In this document: in pieces, positions 30,641-42,824 of the stretch
How positions within the stretch are numbered: position 1 is the stretch's first letter
How the letters are laid out: every line of letters begins with the position of its first letter
Assembly (NCBI GenBank): GCA_963769025.1
Contig: CAVYKI010000009.1
Span: forward strand, 1,120,001-1,184,000
Source of the DNA: an uncultured Verrucomicrobiae bacterium
GTDB taxonomy: Bacteria > Verrucomicrobiota > Verrucomicrobiia > Chthoniobacterales > Chthoniobacteraceae
DNA length: 64,000 nucleotides
Direction: 5' to 3'
The notes under the pieces: model-generated
Told to the model about the DNA's origin: nothing
The model's input: the letters and a program-made list of their open reading frames with translations, nothing else
The model's database searches: none
Made by a program: the position numbers and the translations under genes

Positions 30641-33600
30641 TCACGCCACGCCGCCCGCGCTTTCGCCGTTTTCGCTGTGAAGATCGCCGCTCTTGCCAAA
30701 GCTCTCCGCGATGCTCGGCACGGGCGTCGCATTTTCAGCACCGAGAATGTCCCGGCTCTCGTGCGCCTCGTCGCGCGCGCGGAATTTCACGCCGACCAGC
30801 TTCGAAACGCCGTGCTCCTCCATCGTCACGCCGTAGAGCGCGTCGGCCCGCGCGATGGTGCGCTTGTTGTGGCTGATGACCACGAACTGGCTCTGGGCCA
30901 CGAACCGGTCGAGAATCTTGATGAACCGGTTGATGTTCGACTCGTCCAGCGGCGCATCCATTTCGTCCAGCACGCAGAACGGCGACGGCTTCACCATGTA
31001 AATGGAGAACAGCAGCGCGACGGCCGTCATCGTCTTCTCGCCGCCCGAAAGCAGCGTGATGCTCTGGAGCTGCTTGCCCGGCGGCTTTGCGATGATGTCG
31101 ATGCCGCTCTCCAGCGGGTCATCCTCCATCGTGAGGATGAGGTTCGCCTGCCCGCCGCCGAACAGCTCCTTGAACATCTCCTGGAAGTTCACGCGGATCT
31201 TCTCAAACGTGTCCGCGAAGAGCGTCTTGGTCGTCGTGTTGATCTTGTTGATCACGCCGATCAGCTCTTCCTTCGCCGAGGTCGTGTCGCCGATCTGCGT
31301 TTCGAGGAAAGTGTGGCGCTGCTCGAGCTCCTCGAATTCCGCGATGGCGTCGAGGTTCACCGGCCCCATGCCCGCGAGCCGCGTGTCGAGTTCGCGCACG
31401 ATGGTCTCGATGCGCATCCAGTCGATCGTGTCGGACACCGGCGCCTCGCTGACCTCCACGCTTTCGGACAGCGCCTCCGCCGTCGGATCCCCGGCTTCCG
31501 CAGTCCCCTCGCCGCCCGCCTCCGTCTGCGTTTCAAATTTCCGCACGCGCTTCCCGATTTCCCGCATGCACGACGCGAGCGCGTAGCCGTCCGGCACGAA
31601 TTCGCGCAGCGTGAGCTGGTAGCGCTTCTGAATGTGGTCATCGATCGAGGCCGCCTTCAGTTCGAGCTGCGTCGAGCGCACCTCGATCGCCCCGCGCTGC
31701 TCCATGCAGTGCGACTGCTCGCGGCGGAGCTGGCGCATCCGCTCCGCCATCTCCTCCGCGGCGGCGACGACCCCGGCGCGCTCCTCCTGCAACGTCGCGA
31801 CATGCTCGTTCGCCTCGCCGATGCTCGCGCGAAGGCGCTCCATGTTTGCCTCGATCTCAAACTTCTCCGCTTCGAGCGCACCCGCGCGCTCCTCGTAATT
31901 CTGGATGTCGCGCTGCCGCTGCTCGATCAGTTCGCGCAGTTCGCCGATGCGCGCCTCCATCGGCTGCCGCTGGTGATGCAGCGAGGAATGCCGCTGCCGC
32001 TCAGTCGCGACCTTGATCTTCAGATCATTCAGCTCCGACGCGATCTCGCTCTCCCGCGCACGCAGCATTTCGAGCGACCCCTGCGCCTCCGTGCGCCGCG
32101 TGAGCATGGACTCAAATGCCTGCATCGCGCCGCGAATCTCTTCCTCGAGTTCCGCAATTCTGCCCGCCGCCTCGGCCCGGCGCGACTCCGCGCTCTGCCG
32201 CTCCCATTCGAGGCTCTCGTTCCGGCGAGTCGTCTCCGTGAGCTGCGAATCGAGCATCTGCACCTGCCCCTGCAGCGTCCCGAGCCGCACGGTCGCGTTC
32301 TGCTTTTCCTCGCGCGCCTCGGTCAGTTGCGCGTTCGCGGATTCCATCCGCTGCAAAATCTCAGCCTGCCGCACGACGATGCCATCCAGCACCGCCTGGA
32401 GCCGCGCGACTTCCGCTTCGAGCGCCAGCGTCTGGTTCTTCCGCGCAAGCACGGAGCCGCCTGCGTCGCTCGCCGTGCCGCCGGTCAGCAAACCTTCCGT
32501 CGTCAGCACCTCGCCCGCGAGCGTCACGGCGCAGAGCCTGCGATTTTCGGCATGGGCGCGCTGCTGGATCCGGATTGCGGCATCCACGCCTTGAACGATC
32601 ACGTGATCCGCGAGCAGCGCGGCGAGCAAAGGCCGCATTGCGTCGTCCACGCGCACCTTGTCGATCGCCCATGCGAGCGCGCCCTCGGGCAGGAATTGCC
32701 CCTGCGACGGCGCCGCCGGTTGCAGTTCGCGCAGCAGCAGCGTCGCGCGTCCCCACTTCTTCGCCGCGAGCGTCCGCATCACCGACTCCGCGACCATCGC
32801 GTCCTTCATCAAAATCGCCTGCAAGTTCTGCCCGAGCGCCGCCTCGATCGCCGTGACGAATTCCGGCTCGACCGTCAGGTGCTCCGTCAGCGCGCCAGCG
32901 ATGGCCGCCTGGAAGAACTCCGGGTTATCGAGCCCGCGCAGCACCGCCTGCGTGCCTTCGCCGAATCCTTCGCCCTCCGCCGCGAGCTGGCGCAGCACTT
33001 CGAGGCTCCCCGCCTTCTCACTCAGCGCACGCTGCGCTTCCGCAAATTCCCGGTCCACCTGCGCCTTCTCCGCGGCCGCGGACTGCACCGCACCCGAAGC
33101 CTCCGCGAGCGACGATGTCCACGATTCGAGATTCCTGTTCGCGTCGTCGAGCTGCGCCACCGCGGTCGCGCGCTGCTCGCCGAGCCGCGTCGCCGCTTCC
33201 GTCGCCGCCGCGACTTCGCTCGCCAGCACCGCCAGCCGCGCCTCCGCGCCGTCCTGCTGCTGCGTCGCGCCCGAGATTGCCATGCGCAGGCTCGCGAGCT
33301 TGCTCTCGATTCTCCCCGCCTCGTTTGCGAGCGATGAGATCTGCGCATCCGCCTCCTGCCGCTGACCCGTGAGGTCCGCCGTCTGCGCCTGCACATCCTC
33401 CATGCGCCGCAGCTCCGACGCGAGCAATGTGCTGATCTGCTCGAGCTGCACGTCCGCCTCGCGCAGCTTCGATTCCGCATCCTGGAAACGCTCCTGCGCG
33501 CCGGCGATGTCCGCGCGATAGCGATCCGCGAGCTGGCCAAATTCCGTCACGCGCTCGGCATTGAACGCCAGCCGGCTCTCGTGGTTCGCGATGCGCGAAT

Positions 33601-34480
33601 GCAGGTCCTGCACGGACTGCCGCGCCTGCGCGAGCCGGCCCTCCATTTCCTCCAGCGCCACGCGCCGGTCGTGCGCCGTGGATTCCTCCGCCTCGATCTG
33701 CGAGTCAATCTCCGCCTGCCGCGCCACGAGATTTTCCAGCTCCTCCGCGCCGGCAGCGCGCGAATTCTCCAGTTCGTCCCACTGGCGCTTCGTGCTGTGC
33801 GTTTCGAGCACGCGCAGATCGTCCAGCATTCCCTGGTAGCGCCGCGCCTTCGCCGCCTGCCGCTGCACGCTGCCGATCTGCCGCTTCACTTCGCGGATGA
33901 TGTCCGCGAGCCGCACGAGATTCGCCTCCGTCGCCTCCAGCTTGCGCAGCGCCTCCTTGCGCTGGCTCTTGTATTTCGTGATGCCCGCCGCCTCCTCGAA
34001 AATCGCCCGCCGATCCTCCGGCCGCGACGAAAGGATGAGGTCAATTTTCCCCTGCTCCATGATCGAATAAGCGCTGCGCCCGATGCCGGTGTCCATGAAC
34101 AGCGTGTGAATGTCCTTCAGCCGACACGGCGTCCCGTTCAGCAGATACTCCGAGCCGCCTTCGCGGAAAACGCGCCGCGTGATTTTCACCTCATGCCAGT
34201 CCAGCCCGAGCTGCTCCTCGCATTCGCTGAAAGTCATCGAGACCTCCGCCATCCCCAGCGCCGGCCGCGAGTCCGTGCCGGAGAAAATCACGTCCGTCAT
34301 TTCGCCGCCGCGCAGCGCCTTCGCCGACTGCTCGCCGAGCACCCATCGGATCGAGTCCAGCACGTTCGACTTGCCGCACCCGTTTGGCCCGACGACGCAC
34401 GTCACGCCGGGGTCAAAATTGAGGGTCGTTTTCGGCGCGAATGACTTGAAACCAAAGATGTCGAGGCTCTTGAGATACAT
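30641..34480 (-). CDS. smc: Chromosome segregation protein SMC
   Basis: GFKSF, GPNGCGKSN, long coiled coils with a hinge, LSGGEK, LDEMDAPLD. Confidence 0.98.
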   Translation of the reverse strand: MYLKSLDIFGFKSFAPKTTLNFDPGVTCVVGPNGCGKSNVLDSIRWVLGEQSAKALRGGEMTDVIFSGTDSRPALGMAEVSMTFSECEEQLGLDWHEVKITRRVFREGGSEYLLNGTPCRLKDIHTLFMDTGIGRSAYSIMEQGKIDLILSSRPEDRRAIFEEAAGITKYKSQRKEALRKLEATEANLVRLADIIREVKRQIGSVQRQAAKARRYQGMLDDLRVLETHSTKRQWDELENSRAAGAEELENLVARQAEIDSQIEAEESTAHDRRVALEEMEGRLAQARQSVQDLHSRIANHESRLAFNAERVTEFGQLADRYRADIAGAQERFQDAESKLREADVQLEQISTLLASELRRMEDVQAQTADLTGQRQEADAQISSLANEAGRIESKLASLRMAISGATQQQDGAEARLAVLASEVAAATEAATRLGEQRATAVAQLDDANRNLESWTSSLAEASGAVQSAAAEKAQVDREFAEAQRALSEKAGSLEVLRQLAAEGEGFGEGTQAVLRGLDNPEFFQAAIAGALTEHLTVEPEFVTAIEAALGQNLQAILMKDAMVAESVMRTLAAKKWGRATLLLRELQPAAPSQGQFLPEGALAWAIDKVRVDDAMRPLLAALLADHVIVQGVDAAIRIQQRAHAENRRLCAVTLAGEVLTTEGLLTGGTASDAGGSVLARKNQTLALEAEVARLQAVLDGIVVRQAEILQRMESANAQLTEAREEKQNATVRLGTLQGQVQMLDSQLTETTRRNESLEWERQSAESRRAEAAGRIAELEEEIRGAMQAFESMLTRRTEAQGSLEMLRARESEIASELNDLKIKVATERQRHSSLHHQRQPMEARIGELRELIEQRQRDIQNYEERAGALEAEKFEIEANMERLRASIGEANEHVATLQEERAGVVAAAEEMAERMRQLRREQSHCMEQRGAIEVRSTQLELKAASIDDHIQKRYQLTLREFVPDGYALASCMREIGKRVRKFETQTEAGGEGTAEAGDPTAEALSESVEVSEAPVSDTIDWMRIETIVRELDTRLAGMGPVNLDAIAEFEELEQRHTFLETQIGDTTSAKEELIGVINKINTTTKTLFADTFEKIRVNFQEMFKELFGGGQANLILTMEDDPLESGIDIIAKPPGKQLQSITLLSGGEKTMTAVALLFSIYMVKPSPFCVLDEMDAPLDESNINRFIKILDRFVAQSQFVVISHNKRTIARADALYGVTMEEHGVSKLVGVKFRARDEAHESRDILGAENATPVPSIAESFGKSGDLHSENGESAGGVA

Positions 34481-34752
34481 GGGATGCGAAAGGTCTAGTG
34501 GGGGTTTGACCGCGGAGGATGAAAAAGACTAAAACGCCGCGCAAGCACTATTACGAGTGGTCGCGCGAAAAGTGGACCCCTGCATCTTGTGGCACGCCCG
34601 GCGTCTCTGACATGCGCCTTTTCCCTTGAATCCGAGCGAAAAACGATCCTTCACGATGCCGTTTTCGCCCGGAGGCGCCTGTCACCGCACGAAAGGACGC
34701 CGTGCCACGTTTTCGCGCTGACAGCGCATCGCACGGGACTACTCTCCGCACG

Positions 34753-35658
34753 ATGCAGACGCTCACACTCGGCACAGGAAACCTCACCGCCACACGCCTC
34801 GCCTACGGCTGCTGGAGGCTTGCCGGGAGCGAGGGCGGACCGCGCCTCGACGACTCCGAAGGCAAGGCCGCCGTGCGCGCGGCCTACGACGCCGGCTACA
34901 CGCTCTTCGACCACGCTGACATCTACGGACGAGGCGAGTGCGAGCGCATTTTTGGCAAAGTGCTCCGCGACACGCCGGGCATGCGACAGCGCATCGTCCT
35001 CGCGACGAAGTGCGGAATCTGCCCGCCGTGGGACGGCCGCACGCATTGCTACGACTCCTCGGGTGCCTACATCGTCGCCTCCGTCGAAGGCTCGCTGAAG
35101 CGGCTCGGCGTGGATTTCGTGGACTTGCTGATGATTCACCGGCCCGACTTCCTCGGTGACCCGCTCGATATCGCCGCCGCCTTTGCACAGCTCCGCGCGC
35201 AGGGAAAAGTGCGCGAATTCGGCGTGAGCAACTTCCGTCCATCGCAGCTCGCCGCGCTGCAAAAGCACTGTTCGATGCCGCTCGTCGTGAACCAGGTCGA
35301 AGTCAGCCTCGCCGCCCTCGCCTGCCTCGACGACGGCACGCTCGACCAGTGCCTGGCCGAGTGCATCACGCCCATGGCCTGGAGCCCGCTCGCCAAAGGC
35401 CTGCTCCTCGATGCGCCGCGCGACGAACGCGCGAAAAAACTTCAAGCGCTCCTCGCAACTATCGCCGCAGAAAAGGGTGCAACGCCTGCCGCCGTCGCCG
35501 TCGCCTGGCTGCTGCGCCATCCATCGCGCATGATGCCGATCATCGGTTCGGTAAATCCCGATCGCATCCGCGAAGTCACCCGCTCCGACGCCATCGAACT
35601 CACGCGCGGCGAGTGGTATTCCCTGCTCACCGCTGCCCGCGGGACCGCCCTGCCGTAG
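34753..35658 (+). CDS. Aldo/keto reductase (YdhF-like)
   Basis: YGCWRL, FDHADIYG, TKCGI, IHRPD, GVSNF, WSPLA. Confidence 0.93.
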   Translation: MQTLTLGTGNLTATRLAYGCWRLAGSEGGPRLDDSEGKAAVRAAYDAGYTLFDHADIYGRGECERIFGKVLRDTPGMRQRIVLATKCGICPPWDGRTHCYDSSGAYIVASVEGSLKRLGVDFVDLLMIHRPDFLGDPLDIAAAFAQLRAQGKVREFGVSNFRPSQLAALQKHCSMPLVVNQVEVSLAALACLDDGTLDQCLAECITPMAWSPLAKGLLLDAPRDERAKKLQALLATIAAEKGATPAAVAVAWLLRHPSRMMPIIGSVNPDRIREVTRSDAIELTRGEWYSLLTAARGTALP

Positions 35659-35667
35659 CCGGGATCG

Positions 35668-36788
35668 CTACTTTGGCGCAGCGGCGCGCAATTCATTACC
35701 GAGCACGCGCGCCTGCTCGTCGTCCGCGCAAATCGCTTCGGCCTTCGCCAGTTCGGCGAGCGCCTCATCGCGGCGATTCTGTTCAGTCAGCGAACGCGCC
35801 AGTTGCACACGCGCACGCGCTCTCTCGATCGATGCCTCCACGACCGCCCGCAATTGCAGCAGGTCGCCCCTTCCCGGTTCAGCCTCCAACCCGCTCACGA
35901 TGCTCCCGAGTGCGGCGAGAAGCTGCTTCGCGTCCATGCGTGCCCGTGCGCGTGCCAGCGCATCGCTCGCGGCATTGATCCTCCGCGTCAATTCAGCGCG
36001 ATCGGGCAAGTCCCAATCCGCCACCTGACGGTCCGCCGGGAGCTGGTTTCGCGCGAATGAAGCCACCGCGTCCCACATCGGCAAACCGATCGATAGCGAG
36101 CCGCTTCCGATGAGTGATCTTCGCATATCCGCGCGCGGACTTGATCGCCGTCGCGAGCGAATCCGTTGCCGCATTCACCGCCGCTTCGGACTTCCCACGC
36201 AAGGCAATCGCCTTCGCCCGGATCTCGCCCGCGCGCACCTGGTTCGACATGTCGCCGGGAATCAGCGCTCGGGCGGTCCGCGACCTGCGCATTGCGGAGC
36301 AGTCGCGCCACCTCCGCGAGATCCCGCTGCAACATCTGGTGCGCCGCCGCGAGGTCCGCGGTCGCCTTGCGCAGCGTCTCGCACTGCAGCGCGAGATTCA
36401 TCGCGACCGCGTCCACATTCTGCCCCGTCGAGGCACGGACAAACTGCGCTCGCGCCCCGGCCATGTCGCCCTGCTGCATCGTCCGCACGCCTGACTGGAG
36501 CAGCGCCCAACAGTCCTTCGGCGCCGGCTCCAAGGCCGAGTCCGCGCAATGCAGCGCAAACGGTTTCCCGTCGCTCCCGAAGGCCAGCAGATACACGCGC
36601 CCCGCCGCGCGATCGTAACGCATCACCTTGAACGTCTCGCCGATCTTCCCCGTGCGAAAGACGCCCTCCTTAAAGTGCAGCGGCTCATCGCGCCGCAGCC
36701 GCACCTCATCCTCCGCCGCAAACTGCGCGCGCAACAGACCGCCCGCACAGCAGGCCGCGCATAACACGCTGAGAATCGCCCGCAGCAT
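35668..36788 (-). CDS. Hypothetical exported helical protein, frameshifted (near 36285 and 36115)
   Basis: Three overlapping ORFs (35988..36842, 35993..36292, 35668..36174) join into one signal-peptide-bearing protein. Confidence 0.55.
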
Positions 36789-36884
36789 CCGGGATTTCCT
36801 TTTGCAAAATGCGGTGCCGGTCATGAGGTCGAAACACTGCATGAGGCGCGGGCTTCCCGCACGTATGAAAAGCCGGGGGCCTTT

Positions 36885-39800
36885 TCAACCGGCCGGCTGT
36901 GCCGGAACCGCGGGAGCCGGCGAATCACCAACGCCTTTTGCACGCCGACGCCGCTCGCTGAACCACATGATGACGACGTAGAAGACCGGCGTGAGGAAGA
37001 GGCCGAAGAAGGTGACGCCGAGCATGCCGAAGAAGACCGCGGTGCCGAGCGCCTGGCGCATTTCGTAGCCGGCGCCGCTGCTGAGGACGAGCGGCAGCAC
37101 GCCGAGGATGAAGGCGAAGCTGGTCATGAGGATCGGCCGCAGGCGCAGCTGGCAGGCTTCGACGGCGGCCGTGAAACGGTCCTTGCCGTCGCGCTCCTGA
37201 ATCTGCTTCGCAAACTCGACGATGAGGATGGCGTTTTTGCACGCGAGGCCGACGAGCACGACGAAGCCGATCTGCGTGAAGATGTTGTTGTCCATGTCGC
37301 GCAGCCAGACGCCGCCGATGGCGCTGAGCAGGCACATCGGCACGATGAGGATGATGGCCAGCGGCAGCGCCCAGCTTTCGTACTGCGCGGCGAGCACGAG
37401 GAAGACGAAGAGCACGCAGAGCGGGAAGATGTAGAGCGCGCTGTTGCCGGCGAGCTTTTGCTGGAGCGTCAGCTCGGTCCACTCGGTGGTGAAGCTCGTC
37501 GGGCAGCGTTTCCTTCGCGAGCTTCTCGACGGCGGCCATCGCCTGGCCGGTGCTGAAGCCGGGCGCGGCGCCGCCGTTGAGATCGGCGGCGGGCCACATG
37601 TTGTAGCGCGTCACTCTGTCCGCGCCGCTGATCTCCTGCACCGTCGCCGACCGCGCCGAGCGGGACCATGCCGCCGCTGGCGTTGCGCGTCTTGAGCAGG
37701 CGGATGTCCTCGGGCGTCAGGCGGAACTTCGCGTCGGCCTGCGCGGTGACGCGGTAGGTGCGGCCGAAGAGGGTGAAGTCATTCACGTAGCTGGAGCCGA
37801 GATAGGTCTGGAGCGTGCCGAAGATGTTGCTCAGCGGGACGTTCATCGTCTTCGCCTTCACGCGATCGACGTCGAGCCAGAGCTGCGGCACGTTGGCGCG
37901 GAAGGTGGTGATGTTGCCCGGCGAGCCCGGCGTCGCGTTCGCCGGCCATCATCAGTCGCGAAGGCCTGCTCTTGCAGCGCCTCGAGCCCGGCGCTGCCGC
38001 GGTCCTGGATGTAGAGCCGGAAGCCGCCGGCATTGCCGACGCCCGCGACGGGCGGCGGCGGGAAGACGCCGGTGAACGCCTCGGGAATCTCGGCGCGAAA
38101 GCGCGCGTTGATCTTCGCGAGGATCGCCGGCATCTGCTCGGTCGGCGCCTTTGCGTTCGGCGAATGGCTTGAACGGGATGAAGACCGCGCCGGTGTTCGA
38201 CTGGTTGCCGCCGAAGAGGTTCATGCCGGCGATCTCCATGGTGTCGAGCACGCCCGGGCGTTTCGCGCGCGATCTTCGCCATCTTGTCGATCGACCTCCT
38301 GCGTGCGATCGAGCGACGCGCCATCGGGGAGCTGGCAGAAGCGACGCCGCGTAGCCCGGTCCTGCGTGGGGATGAAGCCGGTCGGCACGGCCTTGAAACC
38401 GAGCGCGGTGAGGGCGAGCAGGCCCGCGTAGACGACCAGCACGATGCGCGGCGAGGCGCGTGAGCGCGCGCGACGCTCCTGCCGTAGGCGTTCGCGCCCC
38501 AGCCGAAGACCGGTTGAAGCCGCGGAAAAACCAGCCGAGCAGCCCGTCGATCAATCTTCTGGAGCCAGTCCCGCTTCGCGCCGTGCGGCTGCAGCAGGAT
38601 GGCGCCGAGCGCGGGCGAAAGCGTGAGCGAATTGAACGCGGAGATGACGGTGGAGACGGCGATGGTCAGCGCGAACTGCCGGAAGAACTGCCCGGTGATG
38701 CCGCTGATGAACGCCGTCGGGACGAAGACCGCGCCGAGCACCAGCGCGACCGCGATGACCGCGCCGCTCACTTCATTCATCGCCTTGCGCGCCGCGTCGC
38801 GCGGCGCTCAGCCCCTTCGCGATGTGATGCTCGACGTTCTCGACGACCACGATGGCGTCATCGACCACGATGCCGATCGCGAGCACGAGGCCGAAGAGCG
38901 AGAGGTTGTTCAGCGAGAAGCCGAAGCAGCGCCATCACCGCGAACGTGCCGATGAGCGACACCGGCACGGCGAGCAGCGGGATGATCGACGCGCGCCAGT
39001 TTTGCAGAAAGACGAGCACCACGAGCACGACGAGCGCGATGGCTTCGAAGAGCGTCTTCAGCACCTCCTGGATGGACTCGCGCACGGAACGTCGTCGGGT
39101 CGTACTGGATCTCGTAGTCGAGCCCGGCGGGAAATCGCGTCTTCAGCTCCTTCATCTTCGCGCGCACCGCGTCGGCGGTTTCGAGCGCGTTGGTGCCGGG
39201 GAGCTGGAAGATGCCGATGGCCGTGGCGGGCTTGCCGCCGAGCTGGCTGTTCACGGCGTAGTCCTGCGCCGCGAGTTCCACCCGGGCCACGTCGCGCACG
39301 CGGGTGACCTGTCCGTTCGCGCCGGTCTTGACGACGATGTCGCCAAACGCCGCTTCGTCCGCGAGCCGGCCCTGCGTGTTGACCGTGTACTGGAATGCCG
39401 TCGCGCCCGCCGGCACCGGCGGCGCGCCGACGATGCCCGCGGCGACCTGCACGTTCTGCTCGCGGATCGCCTGCACCACGTCCTGCGCGGTGAGTCCGCG
39501 CGCGGCGAGCTTCTCCGGATCGAGCCAGATGCGCATCGCGTACTCGCGCGCGCCGAAGACGTTCACGTCGCCGACGCCGGGGAGCCGCGCGAGTTCGTCG
39601 CGGATCTGCAGCAGCGCGTAGTTGCTCGTGAAAACGCGAATCGCGCGAGCCGTCCGGCGAGACGAGATGCACGACCATCGTGATGTCCGGCGACTGCTTC
39701 TTCGTCGTCACGCCGATGCGCTGCACCTCCTGCGGGCAGCGTCGGCATCGCGACGTCCACGCGGTTCTGCACCAGCACCTGCGCCTCGTCGAGGTCGGTG

Positions 39801-40097
39801 CCGAGCTTGAAGGTGACGTTCAGCGTCATGATGCCGTCGCTCGTGCTCGACGACGACATGTAGAGCATGTTCTCGACGCCATTGATCTGCTGCTCGATCG
39901 GCGTGGCCACGGTGTCCGCGACGGTCTTCGCATTCGCGCCCGGATAGGCCGCCGTGACCTGGACGGTCGGCGGCGCGATGTCCGGATACTGCGCGATCGG
40001 CAGCGTCCAAAGCGCGATGCGCACCGACGAGCGTGATGACGATGCTGATGACGCCCGCGAAGATCGGACGGTCGATGAAGAAATGCGCGAACTTCAT
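36885..40097 (-). CDS. RND efflux permease (HAE1/AcrB-MexF-like), many frameshifts
   Basis: [59 protein letters not shown] spread over several frames. Confidence 0.9.
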
Positions 40098-40104
40098 GGC
40101 TCGC

Positions 40105-41341
40105 CTACTTTGCGCCTTCCGGCTTCGCGCCCTCGGGTTTCACGGCCTCGGGCTTCGGCGGTGCGCCAGCATCTGCCGGCTTTGCGGTCTCGTCCTTCGT
40201 CTCCGCCAGCGGCACGACGGGCATTCCAGGCTGGAGAATCTGCAGCCGAGTCGAGACGACCTTCTCGCCCTGCTTCAGCCCGCTCTTCACGATGCGCAGG
40301 CCTTCCCACATCGTCGCGGTCTCGATGTTTCGCCGCTCGATCGTGTTGTCCGGTTTCACCACGAAGACATACTTCACGCCCTGCTGTGAGTTGATGACCC
40401 TGTCCTCGACCAGCGCGGCCTTGTAAGGCTGCACACCGGCCACGCGGACGCGGACGAAAAAGCCCGGCGTGAGCAGCGGATTCCAGCTCTTGAGAATCAC
40501 GCGCGCGCGCATTGTGCCGGTCGCGGCGTCCAGGCGGTTGTCCACAAAATCAATGTACCCCTCGTGGGGAAAACCGGTCTCGTTGCCGAGTTCCACGAAC
40601 GCCGGCACCTGCGCCTCGCGCGCGGTCTTGCGCTTCCCCTCGTCATTGAGCTTCACGTATTTGAGGATCATGTTTTCGTCCGCATCGATCAGCACGTAGA
40701 TCGGATCAATGGAAACGACGGTCGTGAGCACGCTGTCCTGTCCGGAGCCCGGCTGCACGAGGTTGCCGACCGTGATGCGCTCGTTGCTCACGCGCCCGTC
40801 AATCGGCGAGCGCACGAGCGTAAATTCCAGATTCAGCGCGGACGCGCTCTTTGCCGCCGCCGCCGAGCGCGTCGCCGCGGAAGCCTGCTGCCACGCCGCC
40901 GCCTTCTGATCAAATTCACTCGCCGCGATGATTTTCGACTCCCGCAGTTCCTTCGCGCGATCGAGATCGATCCGTGCCAGTTCGAGTTGCGCCTCCGCCC
41001 GCTCCATTTCCGCAGCGGCCTTGTCGAAATCCGCCTGATAAGGCCGAGGATCGATGACGAAAAAGCGGATCGCCTTTTTTGACAATGGCACCCGCCTTGA
41101 AATGAATCTCGGTAATGTAGCCCGACACGCGCGGCCGGATTTCCACCGACTCGACCGCCTCGATGCGCCCGGTGAATTCATCCCACTCGCGGACTTCCTG
41201 CTCCACGACGGTGACGACATTGACGGGCAGCGGCCCCTGCTCTTGCGGCGGCGGAGCCTTTTTGCACCCGGTGAAGCTCGTGGCGAGGATTACCGCCGCC
41301 GCCAACATGGAATACCAAACTCGTGCGTCCTTGCATGACAT
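40105..41341 (-). CDS. RND efflux periplasmic adaptor lipoprotein, one frameshift near 41065
   Basis: FTGC lipobox, VEIRPRVSGYI, IDPRPYQA, VRSPIDGRV, TGTMRAR. Confidence 0.9.
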
Positions 41342-41435
41342 CCCGCGAATGCTACGCCGACGTGCAACTTCGCCAAGGAGTATTCAATTTACACCTCGTA
41401 AGGAATTGCCTCCGACCACGAAGGATTCCGATGAC

Positions 41436-42691
41436 TCAGAACTTCATCGCCTTGATGCGCCGCGCCGACTTCCTCCGCGTTCGCGCGCGAGTTGAACGCG
41501 CTGATGCGGAAGTAGCCTTCGCCCGCGGCACCGAAGCCGCTGCCCGGCGTGATGACGACATTCGCCTCGTTCAGCATCTTGTCGAACATCTCCCAGCTCG
41601 TCAGTCCGCCGCGGGCGTTTCACCCAGATGTACGGCGCATTCACGCCGCCCCACGTCTGCGCAGCCCGCGGCCGTTCGCGGCCTCGCGCAGAACGCGCGC
41701 ATTGCCCATGTAGTGCTCGATCGAGCGCGCGCACCTGCGCCTTGCCCTCGGTGCGAATAGAGCGCCTCGGCGCCGCGCTGGACGATGTACGCGACGCCGT
41801 TGAATTTCGTCGTCTGCCGGCGCAGCCACAGCGGGTGCAGCGGCTTGCTTTTCGCCGCTCGCCGTCGTCGCCATGAGCGTCTTCGGCACGACGATGAATG
41901 CGCAGCGCACGCCGGTGAAGCCGCCATTCTTCGAGAAGCTGCGGAACTCGATCGCGCACTCGCGCGCGCCGGGGATTTCGTAGATGGAATGCGGGACGCC
42001 GGGCTCGCTGATGTAGGCCTCGTAGGCGGCGTCGAAGAGGATCAGCGACTGTCGTTCGCACGCGCGTATGCGACCCACGCTTCGAGCTGCGCGCGCGTCG
42101 CCACCGCGCCGGTCGGGTTGTTCGGCAAGCAGAGGTAAATCGACATCCACCTTCTCCTGCGGCGGCGCGGCGACGAAGCCGTTCGCCGTCGTTGCACTTC
42201 GAGATAGACGAGCCCGGCGTACGCGCCGCGCGCATCCGCCTCGCCGGTGTGCCCGGCCATCACGTTCGTGTCCACATAAACGGGATACACCGGGTCGGTG
42301 ACCGCGATGACGTTCTGCGCGCCGAGGATGTCGAGGATGTTGCCGCGTGTCGCACTTCGTCCCGTCGCACACGAAGATCTCGTCGTCCGCCACGTCGATG
42401 CCATGCGCGCGGTAATCATTCTCCGCGATCGCCTTGCGCAGCCACTCGTAGCCCTGCTCCGGGCCGTAGCCCTTGAAAGCCTCGCGCACGTCGCCATTTC
42501 GTCCACCGCCTTGTGCATCGCCGTGCGGCACCGCCTCCGGCAGCGGCTCCGTCACGTCGCCGATGCCGCAGCGGATCATGCGCTTCGCCGCGTCGGGATT
42601 CGCGTCGGTGAACGCCTTCACGCGCCGTGCGATTTCGGGAAAGAGGTAGCCGGCCTTGAGCTTGAGAGTAGTTGTCGTTGAGGAATGCCAT
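41436..42691 (-). CDS. dapL: LL-diaminopimelate aminotransferase, many frameshifts
   Basis: [81 protein letters not shown]. Confidence 0.93.
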
Positions 42692-42824
42692 GGTGCGGGT
42701 GTGGTTTGCGGGACGGGCGATGTAGTGGCTGCGCGCGCGCCGGTCAACCGTCCGCGGGAGTTTTCCATTTGTGCGCCGGAATAGGAAACGACACGGTCGC
42801 CCGCAGCATGACACAGACATCCCG

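Noticed and set aside
30641..34480. Wadjet/MksBEF-type defence SMC
   Set aside because: It is a canonical full-length SMC with ordinary scpA/scpB elsewhere in the window and no jetD-like neighbour.
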